Of a stretch of 64,000 nt of DNA, positions 10,285 through 21,122 are shown one piece after another. Every line of letters starts with the position of its first letter. Position 1 is the stretch's first letter. This stretch comes from Candidatus Omnitrophota bacterium. GTDB taxonomy: Bacteria; Omnitrophota; Gorgyraeia; Gorgyraeales; Gorgyraeaceae. The translations under genes were made by a program, and so were the position numbers. The stretch is taken from NCBI GenBank assembly GCA_003485765.1, contig DNHS01000011.1, positions 9,929 through 73,928 on the forward strand, in the 5' to 3' direction. Below the pieces are notes generated by a model that did no database searches, was not told where the DNA came from, and saw nothing but the letters and a program-made list of their open reading frames with translations.

Positions 10285-11313
10285 TTGGATAAAAAAGATA
10301 TAAAGAATCTTGCTTTGGAAGAATTTAAGCAAGAATTGGAAAAGATTTCAGAGCCTTCATACAGGGCTGAGCAGATATTTTCCTGGATTTATAAAAAGGG
10401 CATAGAAGATTTTGATGCCATGGATAATCTGCCGAAATCATTCAGGAATAAATTAGCCCAATCCTTTTATATAGGCGCAATAAAACCCTTGAAGCGCCTC
10501 AAGTCTATTGACGGAACTGAAAAAGTTTTGTTTGAGCTTAGCGATGGTAATCTGATAGAAACAGTGCTGATATGTTCAGGTAAAAGAAAAACAGCGTGCC
10601 TTTCAACTCAGGCAGGCTGTAAGTATGCTTGCGCATTTTGCGCAAGCGGCATGAATGGTTTTAAAAGAAATCTGAGCGTATCAGAGATATTAAGCCAGAT
10701 ATTATACCTTGCGTATAGTCTGAAACATGGGATGACAAATTTTGTGTTTATGGGCATGGGTGAGCCCTTTGATAATTATGAAAATGTATCCAGGGCTGTA
10801 AGAATGATGAATTCTCCTAAGGCAATGGGTATAGCAGCCAGAAGAATTACTGTTTCAACATCCGGTATCATACCAGGCATAGAGAAATTTAAAGAATTGG
10901 GCTTACAGGTTAATTTGTCAATATCGCTTCATGCTGCAAATAGCGGCCTGAGGGATAAATTAATGAGTGTTAATAAAAAATATTCTCTTGAGGAGCTTTT
11001 AAAGGCTTGCGAAAATTACATAAGTAATGACGGTAGGATGCTCACGCTTGAATATATGGTGCTTAAGGATATAAATGATTCGCAAAAAGATATAGATGAT
11101 CTGGCAAAAATAGCAAGGAGGTTAAAAGCAAAAGTCAATATTATACCTTATAGCAATATACCTGGTTTAGAATTTAAATCTCCTTTGAAAAAAGATATAG
11201 AAATTTTCAAGAGCAATCTTCTTAAAAAAGGCATCAATGTAATAGTAAGAGAATCTAAAGGTAAAGATATTATGGCTGCCTGCGGCCAGCTCGCAGGAAC
11301 CTTAACAAGTTGA
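10285..11313 (+). CDS. rlmN: Dual-specificity 23S rRNA/tRNA m2A methyltransferase RlmN
   Basis: CKYACAFC radical SAM motif, MGMGEP, ISLHA, C-terminal AACGQL. Confidence 0.95.
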   Translation: MDKKDIKNLALEEFKQELEKISEPSYRAEQIFSWIYKKGIEDFDAMDNLPKSFRNKLAQSFYIGAIKPLKRLKSIDGTEKVLFELSDGNLIETVLICSGKRKTACLSTQAGCKYACAFCASGMNGFKRNLSVSEILSQILYLAYSLKHGMTNFVFMGMGEPFDNYENVSRAVRMMNSPKAMGIAARRITVSTSGIIPGIEKFKELGLQVNLSISLHAANSGLRDKLMSVNKKYSLEELLKACENYISNDGRMLTLEYMVLKDINDSQKDIDDLAKIARRLKAKVNIIPYSNIPGLEFKSPLKKDIEIFKSNLLKKGINVIVRESKGKDIMAACGQLAGTLTS

Positions 11314-11343
11314 CACTTTTGTCATTGTCAAAAGTGTCAACTT
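11307..11343. repeat. REP-like palindrome (copy 3), contains the rlmN stop codon
   Basis: AAGTTGACACTTTTG-TCATTGT-CAAAAGTGTCAACTT. Confidence 0.8.
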
Positions 11344-11359
11344 TGATGAGAGTGAGTGT

Positions 11360-12058
11360 ATGAAGGATTCGTGTATGGCGAAACAAGGTATTAAAAAATG
11401 GCCCAAGGACGAAAGGCCCAGGGAAAAGCTTTTTAAATATGGCGAGCATACGCTTACAAATGCAGAGCTTTTGGCAATAGTATTCCGCACAGGCGTGAAA
11501 GGCATAAGCGCAGTAGATCTAGGCAGGCAGGTGGTAGAGCATTTTAAGACTTTTAGAAATATGAGCCACACTAATATTTCTGAGATGAGAAGTTTTAAAG
11601 GTTTAGGGGATGCAAAGATCTCGCAGTTAAGAGCTAGTTTTGAAATAGCAAGGAGGTTTCTGTCTGAACCTAAAGACATATCCAAGGCAATAAAGTCTCC
11701 AAAAGACGCAGTTAAACTTTTTATGCCAAGGTTAAGAGATATTAAAAAAGAGATATTTCAGATATTGCTGTTAAATAGTAAAAATAATATAATAGATATT
11801 ATTGAAATAGAAGAAGGGACTGTTGACCAGGCCAGCCCGCAGATCAGGGAGATAGCTTTAAAAACGCTTCAGAATTTTGCAACAGGCATAATCGCGGTGC
11901 ATAACCACCCTTCAGGAGATCCTGAACCCAGTAAAGAAGATATAATGTTTACTAAAAGTCTTACAACAGCCTGCAGGGTCCTTGAGATAAATGTTATGGA
12001 CCATATAATAATAGGAGATAATAAGCATTATAGCTTTGCAGAGCATAAGCAGCTTTAG
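11360..12058 (+). CDS. radC: RadC/JAB domain protein (start may be 11375)
   Basis: ERPREKL, LTNAELLAI, HNHPSGDPEPSKED, DHIIIG. Confidence 0.93.
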   Translation: MKDSCMAKQGIKKWPKDERPREKLFKYGEHTLTNAELLAIVFRTGVKGISAVDLGRQVVEHFKTFRNMSHTNISEMRSFKGLGDAKISQLRASFEIARRFLSEPKDISKAIKSPKDAVKLFMPRLRDIKKEIFQILLLNSKNNIIDIIEIEEGTVDQASPQIREIALKTLQNFATGIIAVHNHPSGDPEPSKEDIMFTKSLTTACRVLEINVMDHIIIGDNKHYSFAEHKQL

Positions 12059-12070
12059 AACGAAACAGAT

Positions 12071-12147
12071 GCGCCCGTAGCTCAGATGGATAGAGCGACT
12101 GGCTTCGAACCAGTAGGCTGGGTGTTCGATCCACCCCGGGCGCGCCA
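12071..12147 (+). tRNA. tRNA-Arg(TCG)
   Basis: Cloverleaf: GCGCCCG/CGGGCGC acceptor, anticodon arm ACTGG-CTTCGAA-CCAGT, TTCGA T-loop, 3' CCA. Confidence 0.93.
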
Positions 12148-12174
12148 AATTCGCTTCGCAAATTTTGAAAATTA

Positions 12175-12203
12175 TTGACGAATTTTTTAACCTGTGATAT
12201 CAT
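12175..12203 (+). promoter_or_regulatory. Putative sigma70 promoter of the tRNA-Lys/Leu cluster
   Basis: TTGACG, 17 nt, TATCAT with TGn extension. Confidence 0.5.
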
Positions 12204-12229
12204 CTAGACTTAACGTCTGGATTAATTAC

Positions 12230-12305
12230 GCCCCCATAGCTCAGCTGGTAGAGCACCTGACTCTTAATCAGGGCGTCACAGGTTCGAACCCTGTTGGGGG
12301 TACCA
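12230..12305 (+). tRNA. tRNA-Lys(CTT)
   Basis: Anticodon arm CCTGA-CTCTTAA-TCAGG, GGTTCGAACC T-arm, CCA end. Confidence 0.94.
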
Positions 12306-12360
12306 TGAACCGGAGCGGAAAAAGGTAGCAGTAAAACGGATAGCTTAGCGACTGGTACAA

Positions 12361-12445
12361 GGGCGGATGGCGGAACTGGCAAACGCGTACGGCTTAGGAC
12401 CGTATGGAGCAATCCTTGGAGGTTCAACTCCTCTTCCGCCTACCA
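12361..12445 (+). tRNA. tRNA-Leu(TAG)
   Basis: Anticodon arm TACGG-CTTAGGA-CCGTA, long variable arm GGAGCAATCC, CCA end. Confidence 0.93.
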
Positions 12446-12451
12446 TGAATT

Positions 12452-12961
12452 ATGATAAATGTTATAGATAAAATCGCAATAATGAATAAAGCTCGTGCAA
12501 AATATAGAATTGAACATGATATAGAAATTAAAGAGCAAGCAGAAAAATCTTTTGAACAGTATAAAAATGATCCACTTTTTATTGCGGGTATAATGCTTTA
12601 TTGGGCGGAGGGAAAAACTGCAGAGAAAAAAGCTTATTGTCTGGAATTGAATAATTCTGATCCTGAATTGTTAAAATTGTACTGCCGATTCCTACACAAA
12701 TATCTCAATATAGCAGAGGGTAGAATTAGAGCTAGACTGTTTCTATATCCGGATTTAAATGAGAATAATATTAAATTATATTGGTCGGAGTTATTGAATA
12801 TTCCATTAAATCAGTTTATTAAGTCCTATATAGCAGATAGCCGTAGTTCTGTTACAAAGAATAAATTGCAGTATGGGACATGCAGTGTATATATTACAAG
12901 TAAAGATTTGCGTTCTATAATGGCGGTTTGGATAGAGAAGTTCGCCAGTCTCTATTCTTAA
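12452..12961 (+). CDS. LAGLIDADG-like (LYWAEG-type) endonuclease-fold protein
   Basis: GIMLYWAEG, NSDPELLK, YWS..LNIP..QF, YGTC; located between tRNAs. Confidence 0.6.
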   Translation: MINVIDKIAIMNKARAKYRIEHDIEIKEQAEKSFEQYKNDPLFIAGIMLYWAEGKTAEKKAYCLELNNSDPELLKLYCRFLHKYLNIAEGRIRARLFLYPDLNENNIKLYWSELLNIPLNQFIKSYIADSRSSVTKNKLQYGTCSVYITSKDLRSIMAVWIEKFASLYS

Positions 12962-12980
12962 AGATTAGCGTTTGAATTTC

Positions 12981-13056
<76 letters not shown>

Positions 13057-13095
13057 AATTTCATCAGTTAAACCTTTTAAAGGAGGAAATGGTGT

Positions 13096-13566
13096 ATGCG
13101 TATTCTAGATTTTTTGAATGAAAAGGCAGTATCATCGGATTTAAAGTCCAAGGATAAAAATAGCGTCATAAAAGAGCTTGCGGATCTATTGATCAAGTCG
13201 GGCCAATTGAAGCCCAAAGACAGAGACCCTGTTGTAAAAGTTCTTTTAAACAGAGAAGCGCTTGGTTCAACCGGCATTGGCCAAGGCATTGCTATACCTC
13301 ATGGAAAATGCGAATATGTGAGTGAACTCATAGGCGCTTTTGGAGTGTCTAAAAGCGGCATAAAGTTTGACTCACTGGATGGAGAGCCAGCCTATATATT
13401 TTTCTTGTTGTTGGCTCCTATAGAATCTTCAGGGCCGCACCTCAAAGCGCTGGCGCGCATCTCAAAATTATTAAAAGATAAATATTTCAGGGATTCGTTA
13501 AAAAGCGCAGATAGCGAAAAAACCCTGGTTAAGATTATAAAAGAGGAAGATATTAGAAGGGTATAG
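13096..13566 (+). CDS. ptsN: PTS EIIA component (PtsN/fructose-type)
   Basis: REALGSTGIGQGIAIPHG, FDSLDGEP, HLKALARIS. Confidence 0.88.
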   Translation: MRILDFLNEKAVSSDLKSKDKNSVIKELADLLIKSGQLKPKDRDPVVKVLLNREALGSTGIGQGIAIPHGKCEYVSELIGAFGVSKSGIKFDSLDGEPAYIFFLLLAPIESSGPHLKALARISKLLKDKYFRDSLKSADSEKTLVKIIKEEDIRRV

Positions 13567-13573
13567 GTTAGAT

Positions 13574-14818
13574 ATGAAAAGATTGAAATGGTTGTATCCA
13601 GGAATGAAAATAAAACGCTGGATATTTATTTCCTCTACAGGTGTTTTATTGGTTGCGATAGGATCTATTATACTCATACTCAAAAGATTTCCTGGTTCAA
13701 AGATTATTGGCAGCGCTGTTGTAATCCTGGGCGCATTGATAGTTATATATGGCATGAAGAGGATGATAAAATCATTCATTGCAGTTTTTCTTCCTAAGAG
13801 AGAAAGAGAACTTGTAGATATTATGTATCATTACCGCCAGCTTGAAAAAGGGCCAAAGGTAGTGGTTATAGGAGGAGGGACAGGCCTTTCAACCATTCTT
13901 CATGGTTTAAAAGAGCAGACAAGCAATATTACAGCGATAGTGACTGTTGCAGATGATGGCGGGTCTTCCGGAAGACTGAGAGAGCAGTTTGGCATACTTC
14001 CGCCAGGAGATATAAGAAACTGCCTTGTTGCGCTTGCGGATGCAGAACCTTTGATGCGCGAGTTGTTTCAGTTCAGGTTTGGGAGCGAGTCAGAACTAAG
14101 CGGGCATAGCTTCGGAAATCTATTTATAACCGCGATGTGCAAGGTTACAGGAGATTTCGAAAAAGCAATAAAAGAATCCTCTAAAGTCCTTGCAATAAGA
14201 GGCAGGGTTATCCCTTCTACATTTGACAAGGTTAAGCTTGTGGCAGAATACCGTAACGGGCAGAAGACAGTAGGCGAGACAAAGATAGCAAAACAGAATT
14301 CTCCTATACAAAAAATATATTTAGACCCTGAGCATTGCAAAGCTAGCTCAGAATCATTTGAGGCAATAGCTGAGGCAGACATAATAGTCCTTGGGCCCGG
14401 CAGTTTATACACAAGCGTTATACCAAACCTCCTGGTGGATGGCATAGCTGAGAAGATTGCTCAGTCCAAGGCGCCTAAGGTCTATATCTGCAATGTGATG
14501 ACGCAGTCCGGCGAAACAGATAATTATACAGCATTTGACCACTTGAACGCTCTTATAACTCATACGCGGCCTGATATACTTAGTTATTGTATTGTAAACA
14601 TAGGGAAGGTGCCTAAAGAACTTCTTAAGAAATACGAAGAAGAAGGCGCTTATCCTGTTTTAGCTGACTCAGATAAAATTATAGAGAACGGTTATAACGT
14701 AATAGAAGGCGATGTGGTAAATGCTCAAAATCATGTAAGGCATGATGCCAAAAAACTCTCAAAGGTTATTATAGACCTTACTCTTAAGACAAAAGGCAAA
14801 AAGATATCCATTGATTAG
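13574..14818 (+). CDS. yvcK: YvcK/GlmR family (CofD-like) protein with N-terminal membrane segment
   Basis: GGGTGLS, VTVADDGGSSG, PPGDIRN, GPGSLYTS, RHD. Confidence 0.9.
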   Translation: MKRLKWLYPGMKIKRWIFISSTGVLLVAIGSIILILKRFPGSKIIGSAVVILGALIVIYGMKRMIKSFIAVFLPKRERELVDIMYHYRQLEKGPKVVVIGGGTGLSTILHGLKEQTSNITAIVTVADDGGSSGRLREQFGILPPGDIRNCLVALADAEPLMRELFQFRFGSESELSGHSFGNLFITAMCKVTGDFEKAIKESSKVLAIRGRVIPSTFDKVKLVAEYRNGQKTVGETKIAKQNSPIQKIYLDPEHCKASSESFEAIAEADIIVLGPGSLYTSVIPNLLVDGIAEKIAQSKAPKVYICNVMTQSGETDNYTAFDHLNALITHTRPDILSYCIVNIGKVPKELLKKYEEEGAYPVLADSDKIIENGYNVIEGDVVNAQNHVRHDAKKLSKVIIDLTLKTKGKKISID

Positions 14819-14829
14819 GTGAATCCGAC

Positions 14830-15093
14830 ATGTTAATAGAAAAAAAAATAACCATTAAGAATGAACAGGGGCTTCATGCCAGGCCTGCGGCAATATTTGT
14901 GCAGATAGCCAATAAATACGAAAGCGATATTGCTGTAAAAAAAGGCAGGCAGGAAGTGAACGGAAAATCCATAATGGGGCTATTGACTCTTGCGGCAGAA
15001 AAAGGCGCTAAGCTTCATATCAAAGTAAATGGCCCTGATGCAAAAGAGGCAATCGAGGAACTTGAAAAGATAATACTGGGAGAAATGTCATAA
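14830..15093 (+). CDS. ptsH: Phosphocarrier protein HPr
   Basis: GLHARPAA, NGKSIMGLL. Confidence 0.95.
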   Translation: MLIEKKITIKNEQGLHARPAAIFVQIANKYESDIAVKKGRQEVNGKSIMGLLTLAAEKGAKLHIKVNGPDAKEAIEELEKIILGEMS

Positions 15094-16844
15094 TGTTATT
15101 AAAAGGCATACCGGCTTCGCCTGGAATAGCCGCAGGCAAAGCATTTTTATTTGATACAAGGCAGCTTATAGTAACTGAAAGGGATATCAAACAGGATACT
15201 GTCCCTTCCGAAATTATCCGCTTTGAAGAAGCTCTTATAAAGACGCGTTCCGAGATACTCGCTATACAGAAAAAGATTTCACGCGAAATGGGCGCCCAAC
15301 ACGCAGAGATATTTAACGCTCATTTGCTGGTCATGGAAGACAGGATGTTGATAGAGGAGGTTATAGAAGGCCTTAAAAAAGAACGTAAATGCGTGGAATA
15401 TATATTTTCAAAGGTTATAAGTAAATATATAAACGTCTTTTCAAAAATGAATGATGAATATCTGAAAGAAAGGACCAGCGACATAGAAGATGTAGGCAAA
15501 AGGATTTTAAAAAATCTTATAGGAGTTCAGGAAAAGACCCTTAGCGACCTGAAGGAGCAGGTAATAGTGGTTGCGTATGATATTTCTCCGTCTGACACCG
15601 CTAATATGCATAAAAAGAATGTCATGGGATTTGTCACTGATATAGGCGGCAGGACCTCGCATACTGCAATTATGGCAAAGTCTTTGGAAATCCCTGCTGT
15701 AGTGGGCCTTGAAAATGCGACAACTAAAATAAGGCCAGGGGATATCCTGATTGTGGATGGGACAGATGGGATGGTGATAGTAAATCCGGATAAGGTAACC
15801 CTTAAAAAATATGAGGCAAAACAGCAGAAATTTGTAAAGTTTGAAAAAACGCTTTTAGATTTTAAAGATACGCCTGCTGTCACTATTGATGGCCACAAAG
15901 TGGAGGTTTCGGCAAATATCGAATTGCCGGATGACGTCAGCTCTGTTATTGCGCATGGAGCAGAAGGTATAGGGCTATACCGCACGGAATTTCTTTATAT
16001 GAATAGAAATGATTCTCCTGACGAGGAAGAGCAATTTGAGGCATATAAAAAAGTAGCTGTCAAGCTTGCTGAAAGCCCTGTTATTATACGCACGCTGGAT
16101 ATTGGAGGAGATAAATTTTTATCCCAGCTCAAGGTCCCGCACGAGATGAATCCATTCATGGGATGGAGGGCTATAAGATTCTGCCTTGCAAGGCCGGAGG
16201 TGTTTAAGGTGCAGTTAAGGGCGATACTGCGCGCAAGCGTATTCGGAAATATCAAGATTATGTTTCCCATGATATCTGGCCTTGGAGAGCTCAGGCAGGC
16301 GATAAAAGTTTTAGAAGAAGCAAAAGAGGATCTGAGAAATAAGTCGATTAATTTTAACCAGGATATAGAAGTAGGGGCAATGATAGAGATACCATCAGCT
16401 GCTTTAACCTGCGATCTTCTTGCCAAAGAAGTGGATTTTTTTAGCATAGGGACCAATGACCTTATACAATATTCTCTGGCAGTAGATAGGGCTAATGAAA
16501 AGATAGCTTATTTATATAAGCCTACTCACCCGGCTGTATTAAGGCTTATAAAAAATATTATAGATTCAGGTCATAAAGAAAATATATGGGTAGGCATGTG
16601 CGGAGAAATGGCAGCAGAGCCTGGGTTTGTCCTTATACTCCTGGGGATGGGGCTGGACGAATTTAGCATGAGCCCTGTGGTAATTCCTGAGGTGAAATAC
16701 GTTATCAGCAATGTGAGATTTGAAGACGCCAGAAAAGTCGCAGAAAAGGCATTAAGTTTGTCTACGGGCGAAGAGATAGAGGCCTTTACAAATAAACGAC
16801 TGAACGAGCTTATTCCATGGCTCAAGAAGACTAAAAAACAATAA
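15093..16844 (+). CDS. ptsI: PEP-protein phosphotransferase, enzyme I
   Basis: GGRTSHTAI, GIGLYRTEF, SIGTNDLIQY, GMCGEMA. Confidence 0.96.
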   Translation: MLLKGIPASPGIAAGKAFLFDTRQLIVTERDIKQDTVPSEIIRFEEALIKTRSEILAIQKKISREMGAQHAEIFNAHLLVMEDRMLIEEVIEGLKKERKCVEYIFSKVISKYINVFSKMNDEYLKERTSDIEDVGKRILKNLIGVQEKTLSDLKEQVIVVAYDISPSDTANMHKKNVMGFVTDIGGRTSHTAIMAKSLEIPAVVGLENATTKIRPGDILIVDGTDGMVIVNPDKVTLKKYEAKQQKFVKFEKTLLDFKDTPAVTIDGHKVEVSANIELPDDVSSVIAHGAEGIGLYRTEFLYMNRNDSPDEEEQFEAYKKVAVKLAESPVIIRTLDIGGDKFLSQLKVPHEMNPFMGWRAIRFCLARPEVFKVQLRAILRASVFGNIKIMFPMISGLGELRQAIKVLEEAKEDLRNKSINFNQDIEVGAMIEIPSAALTCDLLAKEVDFFSIGTNDLIQYSLAVDRANEKIAYLYKPTHPAVLRLIKNIIDSGHKENIWVGMCGEMAAEPGFVLILLGMGLDEFSMSPVVIPEVKYVISNVRFEDARKVAEKALSLSTGEEIEAFTNKRLNELIPWLKKTKKQ

Positions 16845-16856
16845 AAAATCTTTAGT

Positions 16857-17918
16857 ATGAATAAACTGGACAATTTGGAATTCATAAAAAAACTGGACTG
16901 TTCGAATATGCTGAAATTTATTTCAGACTTGCCTGAACAATGCCGCGATGCATACGCAATTGGAAAATCCATCAATATAAATAAACCCGCAGTGAATAAT
17001 ATAGTATTTGCAGGCGTGGGAGGGTCTGGCATAGGGCCTGACATGGTAAGGGTTTACCTGGGTGATGAGCTCAAGATACCTGTATCAATATGCCGCAATT
17101 ATACCTTGCCTGATTTTGTGGGAGAGAGAACGATTTTATTCTGTTCAAGCTATTCTGGCAATACTGAAGAGACACTTTCTTGTTTTAAACAGGGCCTTAA
17201 AAGAAATGCTTTTATAATTACAATGGGTTCAGGCGGCAGATTAAAAGAGCTGTCTTCAAAAAACAGCAGTACTCATATATCAATTCCTCCGGGATACCCT
17301 CCCAGGACAGCTATTGGCTACATGTCTATAACAGTGCTTGGTGTTTTAGTAAAGCTTGGGCTCATAAAAGATAAAGAAAATGATGTAAAAGAACTTTTTT
17401 CTATACTTACCGATGTCAGAGATAAAGAAATAGGTTTTAGCGTCTCTATGGAAAAAAATATTTCCAAACAAATAGCTGTTAAACTCTATAAAAAGTATCC
17501 CATAATATATGGCACGGCTGATACCACAGAAGCTGTAAGCAATAGATGGAGAGAGCAGATCGCAGAAAACGGAAAGGCGCTTTCATCCAGCAATACGCTG
17601 CCTGAAATGAATCACAACGAGATAGTCGGCTGGAGGTTTCCAGAAAACCTTCTTAAAGATTTCAAGGCCATAATACTTTACGATAAAGATGATCATGAAA
17701 GAACAAAGGAACGCGTAAGAATTACCAGCGAGATTATAAAAAAATCAGGTGTAGAGGTTATGGTATTGAAAAAAGATAATGGCGGAAGGCTTGCGAGGAT
17801 ATACTCTCTTTTATATATAGGAGATTTTGTGAGTTTTTATCTGGCCATTCTTAATAATATTGACCCAACCCCGGTAGAGACAATAGATTATCTGAAAAAA
17901 GAACTAGGAAAGATATGA
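16857..17918 (+). CDS. Bifunctional phosphoglucose/phosphomannose isomerase
   Basis: GVGGSG, SSYSGNTEET, ENGK, PEMNHNEI, IDPTPV..I..LK. Confidence 0.92.
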   Translation: MNKLDNLEFIKKLDCSNMLKFISDLPEQCRDAYAIGKSININKPAVNNIVFAGVGGSGIGPDMVRVYLGDELKIPVSICRNYTLPDFVGERTILFCSSYSGNTEETLSCFKQGLKRNAFIITMGSGGRLKELSSKNSSTHISIPPGYPPRTAIGYMSITVLGVLVKLGLIKDKENDVKELFSILTDVRDKEIGFSVSMEKNISKQIAVKLYKKYPIIYGTADTTEAVSNRWREQIAENGKALSSSNTLPEMNHNEIVGWRFPENLLKDFKAIILYDKDDHERTKERVRITSEIIKKSGVEVMVLKKDNGGRLARIYSLLYIGDFVSFYLAILNNIDPTPVETIDYLKKELGKI

Positions 17919-18664
17919 AGGTTTTATTATTAGCCGCAGGGTATGCTACAAGGCTGTATCCATTGACATTAAATACTCCAAAGCCGCTTCTTGAAGTAGC
18001 TGGCAAAACTGTCATGGGATATATATTTGATCTCATTGAGCCTTTGAAAGAAGTGGATGAGGTTTTTATTGCAACAAATAAGAAATTCTACCAGAATTTT
18101 GAGGACTGGAAACAAAATTTTTCAAGTTCAAAGAAAATAACAGTTATAGATGACGGCACAACCTCTAATGAGACCAGGCTCGGGGCCACTGGGGACATAG
18201 AGTTTGTCATAGAAAAAGAAAATATATCGGATGATTTGCTGGTTCTTGCAGGAGATAATCTTTTCAAGGCAGACCTTTCTATATTTACAAATTTTTGCAT
18301 ATCGAAAAAGCCTTCTATTACAATAGGCCTTTATGATATAAAAGACTTGATTCTTGCGGCCAGTTACGGTATAGTATCCATTGATAAAAATAATAAGATC
18401 ATTGATTTTAAGGAAAAGCCTGCCAATCCAGCCTCTACTCTTGCGGCAATGTGTCTTTATTTTTTCCCAAAGGAAAGATTGGGCATAATGACGAGATACA
18501 TGGGAATGGATAATGCGAAAGATGCGCCAGGTTATTTTCTGGAATGGCTTTATAAAAGAGAATCGGTATTTGGTTACGTGTTTAAAGATAAAAAGTGGTT
18601 TGACATAGGAGATAAAAAATCATTAGAAGAAGCTGATAAGGAACTCAGAAAGGAGAAGGAGTAA
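17915..18664 (+). CDS. Sugar-phosphate nucleotidyltransferase
   Basis: [30 protein letters not shown]. Confidence 0.9.
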   Translation: MKVLLLAAGYATRLYPLTLNTPKPLLEVAGKTVMGYIFDLIEPLKEVDEVFIATNKKFYQNFEDWKQNFSSSKKITVIDDGTTSNETRLGATGDIEFVIEKENISDDLLVLAGDNLFKADLSIFTNFCISKKPSITIGLYDIKDLILAASYGIVSIDKNNKIIDFKEKPANPASTLAAMCLYFFPKERLGIMTRYMGMDNAKDAPGYFLEWLYKRESVFGYVFKDKKWFDIGDKKSLEEADKELRKEKE

Positions 18665-18666
18665 AA

Positions 18667-19833
18667 ATGCCTAAAGGAAAATATTACGTTACTTCGGAAT
18701 CAGTTGGAGAGGGTCATCCTGATAAGTTGTGCGATCAGATTTCAGATTCAATACTGGATGAGGTTTTGCGTCAGGATTCAAGGGGCCGCGTTGCGTGCGA
18801 GACATTTGTAACAATGGGCCTTATTATAGTAGGAGGAGAAATCACCACCACTGCTTATGTAGATGTAATAAATACCGCGCGAAGAGTGGTTAAGGAAATA
18901 GGCTACACAGACCCTAAATATGGAATGGATTATAAGACGTGCGCTGTTGTAAATACGATACATGCCCAGTCTCCTGACATTGCGCAGGGCGTTGATAAAG
19001 GCGGCGCGGGCGACCAGGGTTTTATGGTTGGATACGCGTGCGATGAGACCAAAGAACTAATGCCTTTACCGATTATGCTGGCGCATAAACTTGTCAGGAA
19101 AATGGCTGAGTTGAGAAAAAATAAAACGCTGAAATATCTTGGGCCTGATTCTAAAAGCCAGGTAACAGTTGAGTATAAAGATGGCAAGGCAGTCAGGGTA
19201 AACTCAGTGGTTCTGGCGTGCCAGCACACGGAGGAGATACTGGATAAAGGCGGTGAACACATAACAGAAAAGGCAAGAAAAGAGATTATAGAAAAAATAG
19301 CAAAACCTATATTGGGTAAACTAGTTGACGATAAAACAGGATATTATGTAAATCAGACAGGCAAGTTTTTAATAGGCGGGCCGCAGTCTGATACTGGTAT
19401 GACAGGAAGAAAAATAGTAGTGGATACGTACGGCGGAATCGTATCCCATGGAGGCGGGGCTTTTTCAGGCAAGGATCCTACAAAAGTTGACCGCTCAGCT
19501 GCGTATATGGCAAGATATGTTGCAAAAAATGTAGTAGCCGCAGGCCTTGCCAAGAAATGCTGCATTCAGCTTGCGTATGTAATAGGGAAGGCAGAGCCAT
19601 TGGCAGTAATGGTTGAAACCTTTGGGACAGGAAAGATTTCAGAAGAAAAGATTTCAGCGCTTATACGGGAACATTTTGACCTTACACCAAGAGGCATAAT
19701 AACAGAGCTGGATCTTCTTAAGCCTATCTATAGAAAGACAGCTAGCTATGGGCATTTTGGCCGCGAGGAAGAGGGTTTTACATGGGAAGAAACTGACAAG
19801 GTTTGTCTATTAAAAAAGAGCTGCGCGATATGA
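18667..19833 (+). CDS. metK: S-adenosylmethionine synthetase
   Basis: [33 protein letters not shown]. Confidence 0.97.
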   Translation: MPKGKYYVTSESVGEGHPDKLCDQISDSILDEVLRQDSRGRVACETFVTMGLIIVGGEITTTAYVDVINTARRVVKEIGYTDPKYGMDYKTCAVVNTIHAQSPDIAQGVDKGGAGDQGFMVGYACDETKELMPLPIMLAHKLVRKMAELRKNKTLKYLGPDSKSQVTVEYKDGKAVRVNSVVLACQHTEEILDKGGEHITEKARKEIIEKIAKPILGKLVDDKTGYYVNQTGKFLIGGPQSDTGMTGRKIVVDTYGGIVSHGGGAFSGKDPTKVDRSAAYMARYVAKNVVAAGLAKKCCIQLAYVIGKAEPLAVMVETFGTGKISEEKISALIREHFDLTPRGIITELDLLKPIYRKTASYGHFGREEEGFTWEETDKVCLLKKSCAI

Positions 19834-21086
19834 AATATGACATAACCAATATAAAATTAGCTCCTACCGGAAAATTAAGAATAGAATGGGCAGATGAAAA
19901 TATGCCTGTTCTGAAACTTATAAGAGAGAGGTTTTCTAAAGAAAAACCATTAAAGGGGGTAAGGGTAAGCTCGTGCCTTCATGTAACTACAGAGACAGCG
20001 GTTTTAATGAATACCTTGAAATCAGGAGGAGCAGAGGTAAATCTATGCGCTTCTAATCCTCTCAGCACTCAGGACGATGTGGCTGCGTCCCTGGTAAAGG
20101 ATTCTAATATCCCTGTTTTTGCAATAAGAGGAGAGGACAATAAATCCTATTATTCTCATATAGAAAGCTCTCTAGGGCTAAAACCGAACGTAACAATGGA
20201 TGACGGCGCAGACCTTGTGTCCACTATCCATAAATCCAGGCTAGATCTTGTGCCGAATATATTAGGCAGCACAGAGGAAACTACCACCGGGATAATAAGG
20301 TTAAGGAGCTTGGAGCAGAATAAAAAGCTTCTTTTTCCTGTAATTGCTGTAAATGACGCAGACACAAAACATCTTTTTGATAATCGTTATGGCACAGGCC
20401 AGTCAACAGTGGATGGGGTTATAAGGGCTACAAATATTCTAATAGCAGGTAAAATTGTGGTTGTGCTTGGTTACGGTTGGTGCGGCAGGGGATTTGCCAT
20501 GCGCGCAAGAGGTATGGGAGCCAATGTCATAATTACAGAAGTGGACTCTACTAAAGCGCTCGAAGCAGTAATGGACGGTTATTCAGTAATGCCGATGAAG
20601 GAAGCTGCTAAAAAAGGAGATTTATTTGTAAGCCTGACAGGCAATACTACGGTTATTGCAGGAGAACATTTTAAAGTGATGAAAGACGGGGCAATAGTAG
20701 CTAACTCAGGCCATTTTAATGTTGAGATAGAGATACCTGCTCTTGAAAAAATGAGCTCAAAGAAACGAGTTATCCGTAACGGAGTTGAAGAATATCTTTT
20801 GAAAGACGGCAGGCGCATTAATCTTTTAGGAGAGGGCAGGCTTGTGAATCTTGCCTGCGCAGAAGGCCATCCTGCGATAGTAATGGATATGAGCTTTGCA
20901 AACCAGGCGCTTGCTGCTGAATATCTTGTAAAGAGCCATAAAAAGCTTGATAAGAAGGTTTACAGGATGCCTGAAGCAATAGATAAAGAAATAGCCAGGC
21001 TTAAACTCAAGAGCATGGGCATTCAAATAGACATACTTACCGCGTTCCAGAAGAAATATCTTTCCAGCTGGGAATTAGGAACGTAA
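19830..21086 (+). CDS. ahcY: Adenosylhomocysteinase
   Basis: [44 protein letters not shown]; ATG at 19830 overlaps the metK stop. Confidence 0.97.
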   Translation: MKYDITNIKLAPTGKLRIEWADENMPVLKLIRERFSKEKPLKGVRVSSCLHVTTETAVLMNTLKSGGAEVNLCASNPLSTQDDVAASLVKDSNIPVFAIRGEDNKSYYSHIESSLGLKPNVTMDDGADLVSTIHKSRLDLVPNILGSTEETTTGIIRLRSLEQNKKLLFPVIAVNDADTKHLFDNRYGTGQSTVDGVIRATNILIAGKIVVVLGYGWCGRGFAMRARGMGANVIITEVDSTKALEAVMDGYSVMPMKEAAKKGDLFVSLTGNTTVIAGEHFKVMKDGAIVANSGHFNVEIEIPALEKMSSKKRVIRNGVEEYLLKDGRRINLLGEGRLVNLACAEGHPAIVMDMSFANQALAAEYLVKSHKKLDKKVYRMPEAIDKEIARLKLKSMGIQIDILTAFQKKYLSSWELGT

Positions 21087-21094
21087 ATAATTCT

Positions 21095-21122
21095 GTAGGG
21101 GACAGGCATGCCTGTCCCCTAC
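21095..21122. repeat. Perfect 28-bp GTAG-type REP palindrome; probable bidirectional terminator
   Basis: GTAGGGGACAGGCATGCCTGTCCCCTAC lies between convergent ahcY and lptG. Confidence 0.8.

Noticed and set aside
11360-12058. radC as a marker of a mobile element beside the tRNAs
   Set aside because: It is the full-length chromosomal type with the N-terminal ERPREKL region, and no integrase or att duplication is visible.
11912-12427. ORFs 11912-12148, 11994-12203 and 12200-12427 on the - strand
   Set aside because: They are antisense to the tRNA genes and the radC end.
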